Positions 30,680 to 45,400 are shown, numbered from the stretch's first letter. The stretch: DNA of 64,000 nucleotides from the human T2T-CHM13v2.0 reference genome, Homo sapiens (GCF_009914755.1 NC_060927.1), one strand, 5' to 3'. Notes: generated from the letters alone by a model not told the origin. Translations and numbers: made by a program.

Positions 30680-33600
30680 ATAGTCATTCATAAGGTCTCA
30701 TAAAGTTCAGAATGAAATGCACAATTACTCAATTACGATGAATCACATATATGGAGCACATGATAAAATAAAAAGAAAAACAGTTGACTGGCCCTGAGAA
30801 GAATCAGCCATTAGAACCAAGAGAGAAGAAGTTTCTGTGATTATTATAAGCAAATACATTAACTAACACAACACATATTTTTAGTGCCTAAAATCTTAGT
30901 AGTAAAGAAGAAAATCTCAACAAAGAATAGAAACAATAAAAATAATCAAAAATTCTAAAATCGAAAATTACAAGTTTGAAAAAAATTCATCAGATAAATT
31001 TCATGAAATGGATATGGCAAAGGAAAGCATAAACTAATTATGTATCAATAGTCATAATCCATAGAAAGAATATAGAGAAAAAATATTGAAAAATTTGAAC
31101 AGACTATATTAAGGGATCAGGTATATTTATACTTGCAGTAACAAACATGTAAAGATTAAGAATGGACAAAACATTCAGGAAAGAGTTGACATATTTTCCC
31201 AAATTTGTTGAAAGAAATTTTCTGGCACAAGATGAACACCAGGCAGGATAAGTACAAATAAGCTCATTCTGAGACACATCATATTTAAACTGCTTAAAGT
31301 CAAAATTATATAGCAAAGGTTGAAAGATGTGAGAAAAAAATAACATATAGATTCAGGATAACAATGATGCATCAATAACCATGGAAGACAGAAGAAAGTG
31401 GGACAAATACTTTAAACAAACAACCAAGTAAAACTGTTAACTCAGAATTCTGCATACACGAGAAATTTTATTCAAGAATGAATGTAAATAGATAAAAAGA
31501 AATCTAAGAAAATTTTTCAAGAGATGACTTGTTTGAAAAGAAATGCATGGCATTTTTTTTACCTTAAAATGTAATGCCAAATGAAAACTTATTATATCCT
31601 CAGAAAAGAATGAATATCATAAATGATACATATCTGTATTTATGTAAAAATGCAATTTTTTTTGCTTTTCCCTCTTTAACTTATATTTATGAACAATATA
31701 ATTAACTTTAACTTATATTTATGAACTTATATTTATTAACTTTAACTTACATTTATGAACAATATAATTATTTTACAACTATGGTCCTGTGTGGCTTACA
31801 ATGTAGAGATACATTATAAGTAATTATAACATATTGGATGGGAAGAGAGAAATGACAAGTGAAATCAGAATGATGAGCATGTTTTGAACTGAGTTATAAA
31901 ATTTCTGAGAATCAGGCATAGGCATGTTTAAAGGTAAATTTATAGTTTTAATTGCCTATATTGGAAACAGAGAAACATTTCTTAATAAGTTTCTAGTCTA
32001 ACAATCTAAGTTAGAAAAAGAGCATATTTAATAGAAAATAAACAGAAGGAAGGAAAGATGCAAAGAGCAGAAATAAATGAAATAGAAACAGAAAGTCAAT
32101 AGAAAAAGTAAAATGAAGCCAAAAGCTGTTTTTTAAAACAAAGTCATTAGAATTCAGAAGTTTCTTATGAAGCTTATTAAGAAAAATGAGAAAAAAATTA
32201 CCCATACTAAAAATTACATAGAGAACATCACTCAAAATCTTTCAGAAAATAAAATAATAATGAGACAATTATAAAATATTTTAAGCCAATGCTTTTGCAA
32301 CCTGGGTAAAACAGAACATTTTTAGAAAGAGATTCCTTAAAGGACTGAAAGTGGATGTAACATTCAATCCAGCAATTCCACCCTGGATATCAACTCAAGG
32401 GAAAAGAAGTCACTGTATGAAAAAGACACTTGAACATGTATATATGTTTATAGCAGCACAATTCACAATTGCAAACATATAGAACCAACCTAAGTGCCCA
32501 TTGATCAATCACTGCCTATATAAAATGTGTATACACACGATGAAATACTACTCTGACATAAAAAGGAAAAAATAATGTCATTTTCAGCAATTTCGATGGA
32601 ACTGGAGGCCATTATTCTAAGTGAAGTAACTCAGGAATAGAAAACCAAATATGATATGCTTCCATTTATAAGTGGGAGCTAGGCTATGAGAATACAGAGA
32701 CATAGAGAGTGACACGCTGGACTGGGAAAACTCAGAATGGGGAGGAAAGGAAGGAGACGAGGGATAAAAAACTACATATTGAGTACACCAAACCTCAGAA
32801 TTCACCACTATGGAATTCATCCATGGAACCAAAAACCACTTGTACCTCAAAAGCAATTGAAGTAAAAAAAAATAAAAATTAAGACGTATATTACCAATCC
32901 TTTCTCTAGCAGAAACAAAAAGCAATCCCATAACAAGAACTTTTCCACAAAGAAAACTCTAGGCCCAGAAGTCTTTAAAAGCAGTTTTTCATTTTACAGA
33001 AATATAATCTGTTATACAGTTTTCAGGAAATAGAAACATTTGTGTTACTCTAATTGTGAAACTGGACAGTCATCACTAAAAGAAAACTACAGTCTAATAT
33101 TTTTTACAAACATACATAAAAATAGAATCCAACAACATATAAAAATGATAATACATTATGACCAACAGCAGTTTATCTCAGGAAGGCAGGGCATATCAAT
33201 ATTTGTAAATCCATAAGTGCAATGTGTAATAGTAAAGGAAAGGAGAAAAACACAAAATAATTTCAAGAACTACAGAACGTAATTTGACAAAATGTATATC
33301 CTTTTATGGTAATAGCTCTCAGTCAACTAGAAATAGAAGAGATCTTTCTTAACTTGATTAATGCAACCTATTACGAGTCAACAGCTACTTCAGATTAATG
33401 GTGAGAGGCTTAATGCTTATTGCCTAGGATCAGGATAAAGGCAAGGATATTCTCTCACCACGTTAATTTATCCTTATATCAGAAGTCCTAGGCTGTGCAA
33501 TAAGGCAAGAAAAACAAAGTGAGATTACACAAATTTGAATTAAAGAAAGGAAACATTTTTATTTGTTGACAGCATAGAAAAATCCTAAGAAAATTCACAA

Positions 33601-34160
33601 AAATAAAAATCACAAAATCTAATAAATTTAGCAAGGTTGCAGAAAGCAATATTAATATGCAACAATCAATTGTATCCTATATCTTCTATTGCAAAAATAG
33701 AAAATATAATTAAAACAAAACTCCATTCATAGTAGTACTATAAAAATATAATTAGAATAAATTTAAAGAAAGGTGTGTACTAGAAGTGGCAAAACAATGC
33801 CATATCCATTAAATGAAGCTAAAATAACCTGAGAGGGGCGTGGTCAAGGATTGGAAGACTCAATATTTAACAATCTTCTCAAAATTGTTCTACAGATCAA
33901 GTCAATTCAAATTAAATCCTAACAGGCTTTTCTGAAGAAACATATGAGCTTATTTTCAACTGTACACAGTATGCTATAGAACTATAGTAACTGAAAAAAT
34001 TACAAAAATAAGAACAACTTAGGATGACTTAACATAAAGCTAAAGCAGTCAAGCAGTGTGTTTTGGTATAAGGAAAAAAATATAGATTCATTAGACTCAG
34101 ATCTGAACAGGGCCCAGAAAGAGATCTATACTTATTTAGTCAACTCGTTTTCAATATAGG
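30680..34160 (+). mobile_element. Old degraded L1M (ORF1/ORF2 remnants) hosting younger insertions
   Basis: A-rich L1 motifs: ctcagaattctgcatac, aaaactctaggcccaga, tagcaaggttgcagaa, gattggaagactcaatatt. Confidence 0.7.
32330..32880 (+). mobile_element. L1PB 3' end
   Basis: ggaactggaggccattattctaagtgaagtaactcaggaatagaaaacc; aaaaaccacttgtacctcaaaagc plus A tail. Confidence 0.88.
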
Positions 34161-35465
34161 TTAGTTCCATATCTTGGTGTATTAGTCTGTTCTCATGCTG
34201 CTAATAAAGACATACCAAAGACTGAGTAATCTACAAAGGAAAGAGGATTAAAGGACTTACAGTTCCACATGGCTGGGGAGACCTTACAATCATGGCGGAA
34301 GGAAAAGGAGAAGTACAAGCATGTCTCGTATGGTGTCAGGCAAGAGAGCTGAGCAGCGGAACTCCCATTTATAAAACCATCAGATCTTGTGAGACTATAT
34401 CACTTCCAGGAGAACAGAATGGCAGAAACGGCCCACCATGATTCAATTATCTCCACCTAGTCCCACCCTTGACACATGGGGATTATTACAATTTAAAGTG
34501 AGATTTGGGTGGGGACACAGCCAAACCATAAAACTTGGCTAATTGTGAATAATACTTCAATGAGCATGGAAGTGCAGATATCAGTTAAAAATATTGATTT
34601 TAATTCCCTTGGAAATATTCCTGGAATGGAATTACTGGATCATACGGTATTTTCATTTTCAGGTTTTTGAGGAGCTTTCACAGCCTTTCCGTAAATGTAG
34701 GAATTTACATTCCCACCAGCAATGTACAAGAGCTCTCTTCTTGTCGCATCCTTACCAACACTTGTTATCTTTCTTCTTTTTAATAAATCCCTTCTAATGA
34801 ATGTGAGGTAGTATCTCATTGTGGTTTTAATTTGCATTTCCATAATGATCAGTGAAGCTAAGCATTTTTTCAGGTACCTGTTGGCCATTTGTATGTTTTC
34901 TTTTGAAAAATGTCTGTTCAGGTCCTTTGCCAATATTTAATTGGGTAATTTTTAAAATGCTAGTTGCCTGATTTATTAAAATATATTTTGAATATTAACC
35001 CTTGTTAGATTTATAATTTACATATAATTTACATATAATTTATATTTTCTCTCATTTTGAAGATTATGTCTTCATTTTGTTAATTGTTGTTGTTGTTGTT
35101 TTGCTGCATAGAACCTTTTTTGTTCAATGCTATCCCACTGTATATTTTTGCTTTTGTTACTTGTGCTTTTGGGGTCATATTTCAAAAAGCCATTGCCCAA
35201 ATAAATGTCATAGAGCTTTTCCCCTTATATTTTTTCTAATAGTTGTATGATTTCTGGTTATATATTTAAGCCTTTAACACATTTTGAGTTGATCTTTTTG
35301 TATGGTGTGAGATAATGTTTCTATTTTATTCTTCTGCATACAGATAGGTATGTTAGGTGATTAATATGTTAATTACATTGATTTAATAATTCCATATTGT
35401 ACACCTATATCAAAACATCACATTGTACCAGAGAAGTGCATAAATTACTATTTGTTAATTAAAAC
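34160..35465 (+). mobile_element. L1MA element with 5' inversion (antisense ~34160-35345, sense 3' tip ~35346-35465), interrupted by THE1
   Basis: Antisense ORF2 (ORF 34640-, [12 protein letters not shown]...), then sense tatatcaaaacatcacattgtac...tttgttaattaaaa. Confidence 0.78.
34178..34533 (-). mobile_element. THE1 (THE1C-like) MaLR solo LTR
   Basis: tgtattagtctgttctcatgctgctaataaagac...gggacacagccaaaccata; 5-bp TSD cttgg at 34173-34177 and 34534-34538. Confidence 0.92.
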
Positions 35466-36225
35466 ATTATTAAAAGAAATATTAATGAAATAGTTTAAAA
35501 TAAAAGGTCAGGTATTATACAAAGTTAAACATAACAAAAATAATAAATTTCAATGTAGATTCCAAGGGAAAACAGATAGATAAATAAATAGTATATAACA
35601 GTCAGGGATATAATTTTATTATCTAAGACAAATTATTGTTAAACTTCCAAAAGGGGTATAGTTCAGATAATTACTGGAGTAGACTGTATAAATGAAAACA
35701 TATATTATTCATTAAATTCATTACATACATTATTTTACTAAAAAGGATATGTCTTAGGATTTCCACAAGTCAGGCTCTAAATTCCTCTCTTCCAGCTACT
35801 CAATAGACATTCCCCTAAACATATTGTTTAAACTTTCTATTTCCTCATGCATAAAATGGGAATGATAGCTCTCTTGGAGAGTGACTTCAGAGATTATACT
35901 TAATCTATTTAAAGTGCTAGCATTGACTTTGATCCAGAATATTTTATAAGTTAGTAGAAAATCAGTTTGTTTTATGGAGATATGCTATTATACAATAAAA
36001 AATATGCCTTGCTAAAAAATTATCTGTAGAATAGCAAGAGGAAAAAATAGATAGCAATTTCTTTCTCTATAAAATATCTTGTGATTACAAAAAAATTCAG
36101 TATTGAGTGTAACATTTTAAAAAACATTTAAATAAAAAACTGTCTCCTGGAATGTAGTCATTGTATATTAAGACTATATGAACCAATATTTAAATCCAGA
36201 TTTAGGTGATTTTTAGATCAAATAT

Positions 36226-36581
36226 TGTATTAGTCTGTTTTCATGCTGCAGATAAAGACATAACAGAGACTGGGCAACTTACAAAAGAAAGAGGTTTAAT
36301 GGACCCACAGTTCCATGTGGCCGGGGAGAGCCTACAATGATGGTGAAAGGTGAAAGGCAAGTCTCACATGGCAGCAGACAAGAGAAGAGAGCTTGTGCAG
36401 GGAAACTTCCCTTTCTAAAACCATCAGATCTCAGAGACTTTCATGATCAGGAGAATAGCACAGAAAAGATCCTCCCACATGATTCAACTGTATATCAATG
36501 GGTCCCTCCCACAACACATAGGAATTATGAGAGCTACAATTTAGGATGAGATTTGGGTGGAGACACAGCCAAACCATATCA
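36226..36581 (-). mobile_element. THE1B-like MaLR solo LTR
   Basis: tgtattagtctgttttcatgctgcagataaagac...cacagccaaaccatatca; 5-bp TSD aatat at 36221-36225 and 36582-36586. Confidence 0.93.
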
Positions 36582-38619
36582 AATATGCAACATACATCAA
36601 ATATTATTATTTAATTGTATTTATTATAGAAGTCAGATAGATACTTTTATGCCAAGTATACTAAATTATACAAATTGTGATTATATTTGATAGTTTAAGC
36701 TGCACAAAAAATGTATTGTTATATTTTAACATCATAGAACAGTTTGTATATGTCCAAATGTGATCAAAGTTAAATATTTGTAGTTTTCAAAATCTATGGC
36801 TGGGTAATAAAAAATAATTTTTATTTATAAGTGTCTAATATATCAATAATAACTGATTTATCTTTAAACAATTATGAAAATATAAAACAAATATTCCACA
36901 GGTTAAAAATATTTACATATAATAAGAAATATAAAACTTATTTCAAAATATCTATATTTTAATATAATTGTAAAAGCTTTTATTTTCCACATGAAGGGCA
37001 TACCAGATTAACTAAGTCATTGTATTAAAATTAAAAATTAAGTGTGCTGATATCTATGTGAGGATGAATGATTAGAGTTGGTAGACTATTACACCCTTTT
37101 GCTTTGAATCTCACTACTGAAATTGTAAGTACACCACAATGTATTTGTGTTTATTTTAAATCTTTTAATTCCTGATGTAATTATTATTGTCATTATGTAA
37201 TTTATGATATATAAGACAGTGAAATATGTGTGACTATATTTAGGTTTCTCATTTTACAAAAATTAGAAAAATTACTAAGAAAATATCATTAGGAATCTGA
37301 TTTAATATACTGTGATAATTAAATATTTAAAAAATGGAGAAAATCTACAATTTTCTGTGTTTTTCACTACCTTAAAGAAACCTGCAGTAGATATGTCTGT
37401 ACTTTGCCACTGCACGTGTCTATACATGACAAATATGACAAAATAAAGATATAATTAGAGCATCTACATTTAACAAAGTGTCCTTTCTCCAACATTAAAA
37501 CAATGTCTAATGAATGAACACGTTTTAGGTAAAATTAAGCTTAAGGTGAGCATGTACCATTTGCCATGATTCTCTGTTTTAACTGACTTTCAGCTCAAAT
37601 CATGTCACATTAAGATATTTAAAATAAAATATTTAGTCTGAACAATTGGTTAAAACAGAATGTATAGTTATGTATGATCACTACTAACTACACCATAAAG
37701 CTTTAATATATTGTCAATAAATTGTAATTAATTAAAATTTAGAATTCAAGATGTTTACCATTTATTAAATGTGATACTCAAAAGAGTGCACTGAAAATCA
37801 TTTTGCAGAGGCAGTGTGTTGAGATTAAATTATTTGGAAATGAGATGTTTACAAAATGTATTTTCATAATCCTACTTAACAAAGAATCTTGGGATGGTAA
37901 CTAAAGCGTTGATTAAACTAAATTAGTAAAGCTTTATGAGTTGTTCATATAAATACATTTTTTATTGTAATTAATTACTATAAATTTCAATAAAATCAGC
38001 ATGAAGATGTTCAATATTTTCTTCAAATTTCTCAAAAATGATTACATTTTTCAAGTGTTAAATACCATTTTTATTGAGAGTTCACAAACATATTGAAGAC
38101 TGTTAGACTTTCTGATACATTCACGTATTAAAACAAAGTTTGTACATTATTGCAGCCACACAGTTATAGAGCTTCAAAAGTTGAAAAAACAAAAGCTTTG
38201 ATGAATAAAATACAATATTTCTTTATTTCCTTCATCTATTTAAATTCAGAGTATCATTATTCAAAGATGCCTGAGTTATACTAGTAGCTATTAAAATAAT
38301 ATAGTAAGGTCATCTTTACTAGTTCAAATAATTTTCAGTGAGCTCTAAAGAGATATTTTTCATTGTTTCATGCCTGTCATGTATCATAAAATAAATTTAT
38401 TTCTATATATTCCCATAGAATTATCAAAGAGAAACTAGACTTGGGTTATAAATAATAACCATTTATTTGATTACAGGAAATGAAATCTTGGTTTAGCATT
38501 GTAATTTCTAGCATAGAATAGCAATTTTGGTAAACATAAGTGCCGTAAAAATCTGTCAGTAATAGTTATTTAATACAGAGATATAAAGACATAGGAAGTC
38601 TAAAACGAATGAATATACC

Positions 38620-38790
38620 TTGATTACTGCATCACATACCCAAAACTTTAAAAATTTACCACAACTTTATAGATGAGGAAACTGAATCACAAAGAGGCGA
38701 AGTTAGGAGCCTCAATCCACAAAAGAATGTAAAGGTGGAGTCAGATTCCAAGTCATTTAGTTCAACTCCAATGCCTGCATTTATTAAACT
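38620..38790 (-). mobile_element. MIR
   Basis: MIR core ttttatagatgaggaaactga-like sequence. Confidence 0.7.
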
Positions 38791-39201
38791 ACATTGAAAT
38801 GGTGCTTCTTAAATCTGAATAAAAAATTAATGGCAAGCTCATTTTATTTATACAATAACAAAACTTGATATTGGTACTAATCATGAGTAACACGCTCAGA
38901 GGTAAGAAATATCTAGTTATGTTTTCTAGTCTCCATTAGTAACCTGCTTAGGATGCTTTATGTACGTTTTCTTCCTGGCACGGTAGATGAGGCATTTTTA
39001 CCACCATGTCTTTGCCGCAGAAATAAATTTAAAATATAAACTCATTGTCCCAAATAACAATTCCAGGCAAAGCACACACCGAAAATAACTAGTTCGGAGC
39101 TGACAATTGCTGCAGTTAGATGAAAATAAGCACAATGCCAGTCATCTGGAGAACGCTGTAAGAATTTTTAACTAAAGTCTTTTGTAAAGACAGTATATAG
39201 G

Positions 39202-40958
39202 TGTTGGTGGCGACAGTTCTTCTGGAGTAGCTGCTGTGAGGATGCCAGCTGCAGCACTGCAGCGGTGCAGGCGTGGCCAGTGCCGCGCATTCTGCGGAGC
39301 CAGCCAGGGATGAGAACAGGTGATCCCAGTGGGAGCCCCAGGCCCTACCGAGTGGGTGTGGTGGAGACACTCTCCTGGACACAGCTGCCGCTGCCCAGCC
39401 GCATCTCGGGGACCTGGGCATCCCAGCGCTCTCAGGGGCCCGGGAAGCCCTCTGTCCCTACAGTATTGGAAGTGCCTGCTCCTGCTCCCTGGCCTCTCTC
39501 CCTGCTCCTGGCACCCGCTCTGCTGTGCAGCAAAGCTGTCACCAAGCCAGGGCACTGTTGCAACCCAGCAGGAAGTGTGCACACTCGGGACAGTGCTGAC
39601 ACGCAGCCCCCCCAACCCCCCACCCTGGTCTCGGGGTGCTGAGGGTGGCTCGGACCTGGCCTGCAGGCGCCCTCAGGGGAAGGCCTGGGCTCCATGAACA
39701 GTAAGTATGTTGATGGTGGCAGGAGACAGACAAGTTCCTCGCGGGAAGGGGAGGTCCCGGGTGAAACCCCACCTTCAGCCAGGGATGGCCTGAAGCCTGG
39801 GGACCCGGCTGCCAGCTCTGGGTGGAATTTGCCACCTGGAGTGAGAATTTCATTGATGCCTTTTGGCTAACTGAATGATGCTTTTTCCAGTCCCGCCCAT
39901 TGCTGCCCGTGGATCAATCAGCATGCACTTCATCCACTCTGAGCACAGAACAACTTCAGACTAGGCCAGACTCAGACACTTTTCGGGATGAAGTGCCTGT
40001 GGAAAGGAGCTACCCACTTTGGGTCCCCTGAGAGCTGTTCTGTCACTCAATAAAGCTCCGCTCTGCCTTGCTCACCCTCCAGTTTTCTGCTAACCGCATT
40101 CTTTCTGGATGTGAAACAAGAGCTCGAGACCCACTGACTGGCAGGAGCAAAAGGAGCTGTAACACCTTCCTGGCTGGCTCACTTGAGCTGTGAGTGGTGA
40201 CAAGCTCCCAGTTTGCGGGAGTTAAGAGTGGCGACCCTTCTGGTGGCCTAGACATTAGGATTCCTCAAACCAGAGCTGCTGCAACACTATAGCCCTCTGC
40301 CAGCCTGCGCAGCCACCCCACACAACCAGAAGCAGAGGCCCCGCGTTCCAGCCCAGGAGCCGCCCGCCCAGGTGGGCAGTGGGGCTGAAAGAGCTGTAAC
40401 ACAAACAGGCTGGCACCAACCTCCCCCCACCCCCCCAAAACCGCCCCCTTGCTCACTGTGCTGTGGGACAGAAGGAGAGAAGAGCTGCAGTCCTTCAGGG
40501 AGCCCAGACTCAGGGGCTCCTAGAGACAGGCCTGTGACACCCTCTTTGGGACTCTGCAGTTTCTGACATCTCCGAGCTTTCCGGTGCCACTGAGTTCCCC
40601 TCATCCAGACACTGGTGCCCTCAGCAGAAGCTGCTTGTGGTACTCATGGTCTAGCCGCAGCCTTGCACGGAGCCAGCGACTGTGCCTGCGTTTGGAGCTG
40701 CCTGCCCGACCACAGCATCCAACATGCCTGGCCGTGTGCAATGGCGTGACCCCGCGCTCACTCACACACCCTTTGCTCCTTGGGGCCTGGCTCATCTTTG
40801 GCCGGCATGGGATCTGGGCTGGTAGTGCAAGCCAAACACAGCCTGCCAGGCTGAGTGGGGGGAATGAGCCCAGCAGGTGTGAATAATACTCAAGTAGAAG
40901 TTGCCGTCAGCCACAGATTTCCGGGTGGCAAAGCGACACCCGAAAAAATCCTGCCTCA
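39202..40958 (+). mobile_element. MER52 (MER52A-like) ERV1 solo LTR, 1757 bp, GC-rich
   Basis: TG...CA ends; 4-bp TSD tagg at 39198-39201 and 40959-40962; aataaa at 40049-40054; terminus ggcaaagcgacacc matches remembered MER52. Confidence 0.88.
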
Positions 40959-42429
40959 TAGGGTCTTCATCAAAACTTCTTGCATAAAGCCTACAGCCAT
41001 TGGCAAATTATGTTGAAGACCTTGACATATGCTATAACCTTTCACCCCATTTACAGTATTAGAAATATCTCAGGAAACCAAATGGAGCTATTAGCCTAAA
41101 TGTTTGTATATACAACCCTCTTATAAGTTAAAAGTTGCTTTGTCAAAATATAATAACGAGAAACAGCAGCACACTGCTAGTTTCTTGTGAATAGCATACT
41201 TTACACGTTTTACTAAGGTGGGAACTGTTAAAACATTTTACTAATTCCTCAGAGTTTTCTTCTTTTTTTTTCTCACCAAATTCAGCTTAGATATCAATAA
41301 ATACTAAGCATAAGGCATATTCATGGGCCATGTCTTCTACTTTTTCGCTTTAATATAGAATTAAAGCTTCCCAGAATATAAAGTAATTTATTTCAGGCAG
41401 CTGAATAAGTGCCTTTGTATGTAGTTCCAGAGCAGATAAAAACAAAGTACTTTCTAAAGCCAAGTTGTTGAACAGCATGGGATGCTAAGCATATAAAGAG
41501 TGATTGCAAAAATATTCTGAAGCAGGATCTCATTGCAGCTATTTCTTCTACCCTCTTACTGTGTTTGCTTACTGCATTTTTCCTCTGAGTGACATTTTCT
41601 AAAAACACATTTCCCATTTAGCAAGGAATTACTATGTGCATAACAGGAGCACTGACACACTGTGTTTTACTTACTAAGCAGGAAGTCACCCTTCTCTGCG
41701 AGGAATGCACCAATAAAAGTAAAACTTATGTTTTGAAAATAAATATTTTTGTGATTTAATAAGTAACAATTTTATTAACACTATAATTTTAATAAGACTA
41801 GCATGTACTCAAGTTACAGCAATAAAGACATAGGTAAAAAAGTATTATGTAAACAAAAATTCTCCAGAATATCACCAAACAGCCATAAGAATTTTATCAG
41901 CAAAAAAACACTGCATATGTGTGTGTGTGTATATATATATATACATATATTTCTCTTTTTTATAGTTGAATGGATATGCAGCTGGAAGACTTGATGAAAA
42001 AATGTAGAAAAATAGAGACATAAATAAATTTGTGAGTAGATAGATAGAGGTAGACAGGAATGGACAGATGGGTAAACAGAGAGAAGAGTTTGATAAGAAT
42101 GCTGTCCACAGACACCCATGCACACATCCTAGGTAACATAAAAATAAATGCAATTTAACTTTAATTAATATCAATAAAATTATAATTACTTTGAAGAACT
42201 GTAAATAATATTTTTGAAATAATCATTAAAACCATTTAATATTTAAAAGTAATTATGCAAACATCACATAGTGTATTTTATATTGCAGCTTCAAACTTTA
42301 AACTTCCAAATGAATGAATGTATTACCTCTCTTTATAAAGTAAAAAAACGAGCATTTAACCTTCCTTTTATCACCTCATCTTCCCCAAGTTTCACTTCCC
42401 AATGTTTGTAACTTATATGTGTTTATTGA

Positions 42430-45400
42430 TGTTTTTCAAAATTTTTGATATCTTCTGGGCTGCATTATTTCTAATGAGAAATCTGGTCTTATTTTTGTCT
42501 TTTGTTTCTCTCATATTATGTACACTCTCTTCACTCTGCTGTTTTCAAGATTTGTTTTTCTGTCAGTCACTGTCCTCCAGTCACTTTATTATTATATTAC
42601 CTGATGTCATTTTTCTTGTGGTCTTCCTACTTGGGCTGCATTGAGCTTCCTGGATCTATGAGTTCATAGTTTCTATGAAACTGAGAAAAAATGTTGGCCA
42701 TTGTTGATTCACATAATTTCTTACTTCCCATTTCTGACAATCAAATTGCATGTACTCTTCAAGGGCCACTGCAGCTTTTTTTTTTTATCAGTCATTTTCT
42801 TTTTTGGAAGACTTCAGTTTGTATGATTCATTCATATTTTGTATAGTGTTTAATCTGCTGTTAGGCCCATGTAATTACTTTTTGTGAAATAGCACATGTT
42901 CCATTTTTACCTCTAGAAGTTTATTTGTGTATCTTCCAATTCTCTACACATTTCTCTTAGATTGTCTTTTAAAGCCTTAAACTATGAATAATAGCTATTT
43001 TAAGAGCCTTTGTGAGTTAAATTAATCTTTGCTATAATTTCTAGCTTGTTCCTAATGACGGATATTTTTAATGGCATTGAGTAAGATTTTTCTGTGTCTT
43101 GGTATGTTGAGTGATTTTTGAAACTAAACATGAGGTCTCTTGACTCTGACTAGTTAGAACTTGAAGTCTGATAGCAACATACAAGATCTGAAAATTGCTC
43201 AATTTACAACTTTCTGATGGATTATTGCCTAGCTTTGTGGAGTTTTTCTACACTCATGCTCAAATTCAGGAAAGGCTCAATGATAACCAAATTAAGTCAG
43301 TATTTAGTAAAAGCTAAAAGACACTTAATTTCTATTTGTGGAGCTATTTTCCTGCATAATTTCTTTCTCTTTGAATACTCCATTCCACCAATCCCATCTA
43401 ACTAAGCCTCAACAGAATCTGTTCCCTTTGTTATCAACTAAGCAGGACCACTCTGCTCCTCTTGGGTTCATCTCTCCTGTGATTAAGTCTGGAAAGTGAC
43501 ATAAGGTGGAACACTGGAGCAATCTGAGGGTTCACCTTACTGATATCCCTTATTTAATTGACTGAATTCCCATACTACCGCTGTCCAACGTGGAAAAATA
43601 ACAGTTTCATATATCTCATTCTATTTTTTAGCATTTATGTTGGGAGAAAATTACTGCTAGAATTTAAACCAACATTGCCAGAACTTGGAGTGAGGTTTTT
43701 GTTTTCAAACTATTGTTTACAATATGAGCATTTAAAGATATAAATTAGGCCTCCATGGTTTAATTGTCTCACAAATTTTGATATGTAATACAAAATACCA
43801 TTCAATTTACATTAGTCTACTGTGATTTATTCCTTGACCTTGCATTATTTAGAAGTATACTTAGAGAAAATTTCCAAATTTTGAGAGCTTCTCTAAATAA
43901 CTTATTGTTATTGATTGAATTGAATTCATATCTAATTGAATTAGAACACATTTAATTGAATTGCATGTGGTCAGATAACATATACTGCAAAATTTCAGTC
44001 TTAACATTTGTTGTGATGCATTACTCTGTTCCCAGATATGGTCTGTTTTGGTGAAGATTTCACGTGTGCTTGAAAAGAACACATATTCCAAAGTTGTTGG
44101 ATGGCTTCTAGTTTAGTTCAGGTGGTGATAGATTAATTCAGCTTTTGTTTAATCTTAAAATGACATTATTTTACCCTAACTTTTAAAGAGTATTTTTTCC
44201 TAATATAATACTCTCTGTTGATTTTATTTATTTAAATCTTTAAATATATTATGAGTTTTTTTCCTGGACACCATTGCATCTCATGAGGACAAATGCAGTT
44301 TGCAACATTGTTCCCTGTAAGTTACATTTCTTTTTCCTCTTGCTTCTTTCAAGGTTTTTTATTTTCCTTTGTTTTATAAGCAGTTTGGCTGTAATGTTTT
44401 TGGATATAGTTTTCTTTGGTATTTTATTCCTTTGGTGTTAACTGAACTGCCTATATCTTTAATGTTATGATTTTCAACAATTTGAAAAGTTAATTGTTAT
44501 TTTGACTATTATTTTTTCTAATTTATTTTTCTACCCAATTTTATCTCTCCTCTTCTGTGACTCCAAGTAAACACAGGGTTGGATATGTTCCTACAGGTCA
44601 ATGAGTCTCATTGTTTTCCCTTTTTTATGCTTTTAGCTCTCTTTCTTTTATTTTGAGTAGTTTCTACTGGTCTGTCTTCATGTTCACTGAACCTGTCTGT
44701 CTTCTACCATTTTTAATCTGCTGTTAGGCTACTGAAGTGAATTGACTATATCTTTTATTTTACATTTCAGTTCTAAACGGATTTTTCTGTTTTTTCCCCT
44801 CAACTGAGAGCTCATAACCATTTACTCACTAAGATCTTATATCATTTAATTTCTTTAGATATTTAAGAAAATATAATTAAAATTATTGGCTGCTTAATCT
44901 AATTTTGTATACATTTTAGGGTCTGATTATTTCGTCTGATTTTTCTCTTGACCACTGGTCACATTGTTCTTTTCCTTGTCTTTGTTTCTAGTAATTTTTG
45001 TATTACATATGGGACATTATGAATGATATAGAGACTCTGGGTCCTATAATCTTCTCCTGAGGAGTGAGGTATTTTCGTTTGTGAGTTTGAATCTATAGGA
45101 AACTTAGTCACTGGCTACATGTCTTGGACTTGAGAACTCTTAGTTATATGCTTAGGTAGATTAGATCTGTAACATGAACATGACGTTTATGAACTACTCT
45201 AACCTACCAGGATTTTAAACTCTGAACTTTATCTTCCATGAAGATCTTGCCAAGACTTTTTCTTCTTTCAATTTGTTAGTTAAGGTTAGATTATGCCTTA
45301 CTGTTTGAGGTTCTTACTCTAAGATGTCACATTTCTAGGTATTAATGAGATTTCTCTAAATTTTTCAGCTCAAAATGAATCATATCCCAGTTCTGCTTAA

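Noticed and set aside
36300-36335. PRDM9 hotspot motif in THE1B
   Set aside because: The reverse complement reads ctctccccggccac, not the CCTCCCTNNCCAC core; the other THE1 also lacks it
34178-36581. Full THE1 provirus (two same-orientation LTRs ~1.7 kb apart)
   Set aside because: Each LTR has its own TSD (cttgg, aatat), they look like different subfamilies, and the intervening DNA is L1 and unique sequence rather than THE1-int
39116-40886. Cluster of GC-rich ORFs or a genic CpG-island promoter
   Set aside because: Falls almost entirely within a TSD-bounded MER52 LTR; overlapping ORFs reflect low stop-codon frequency
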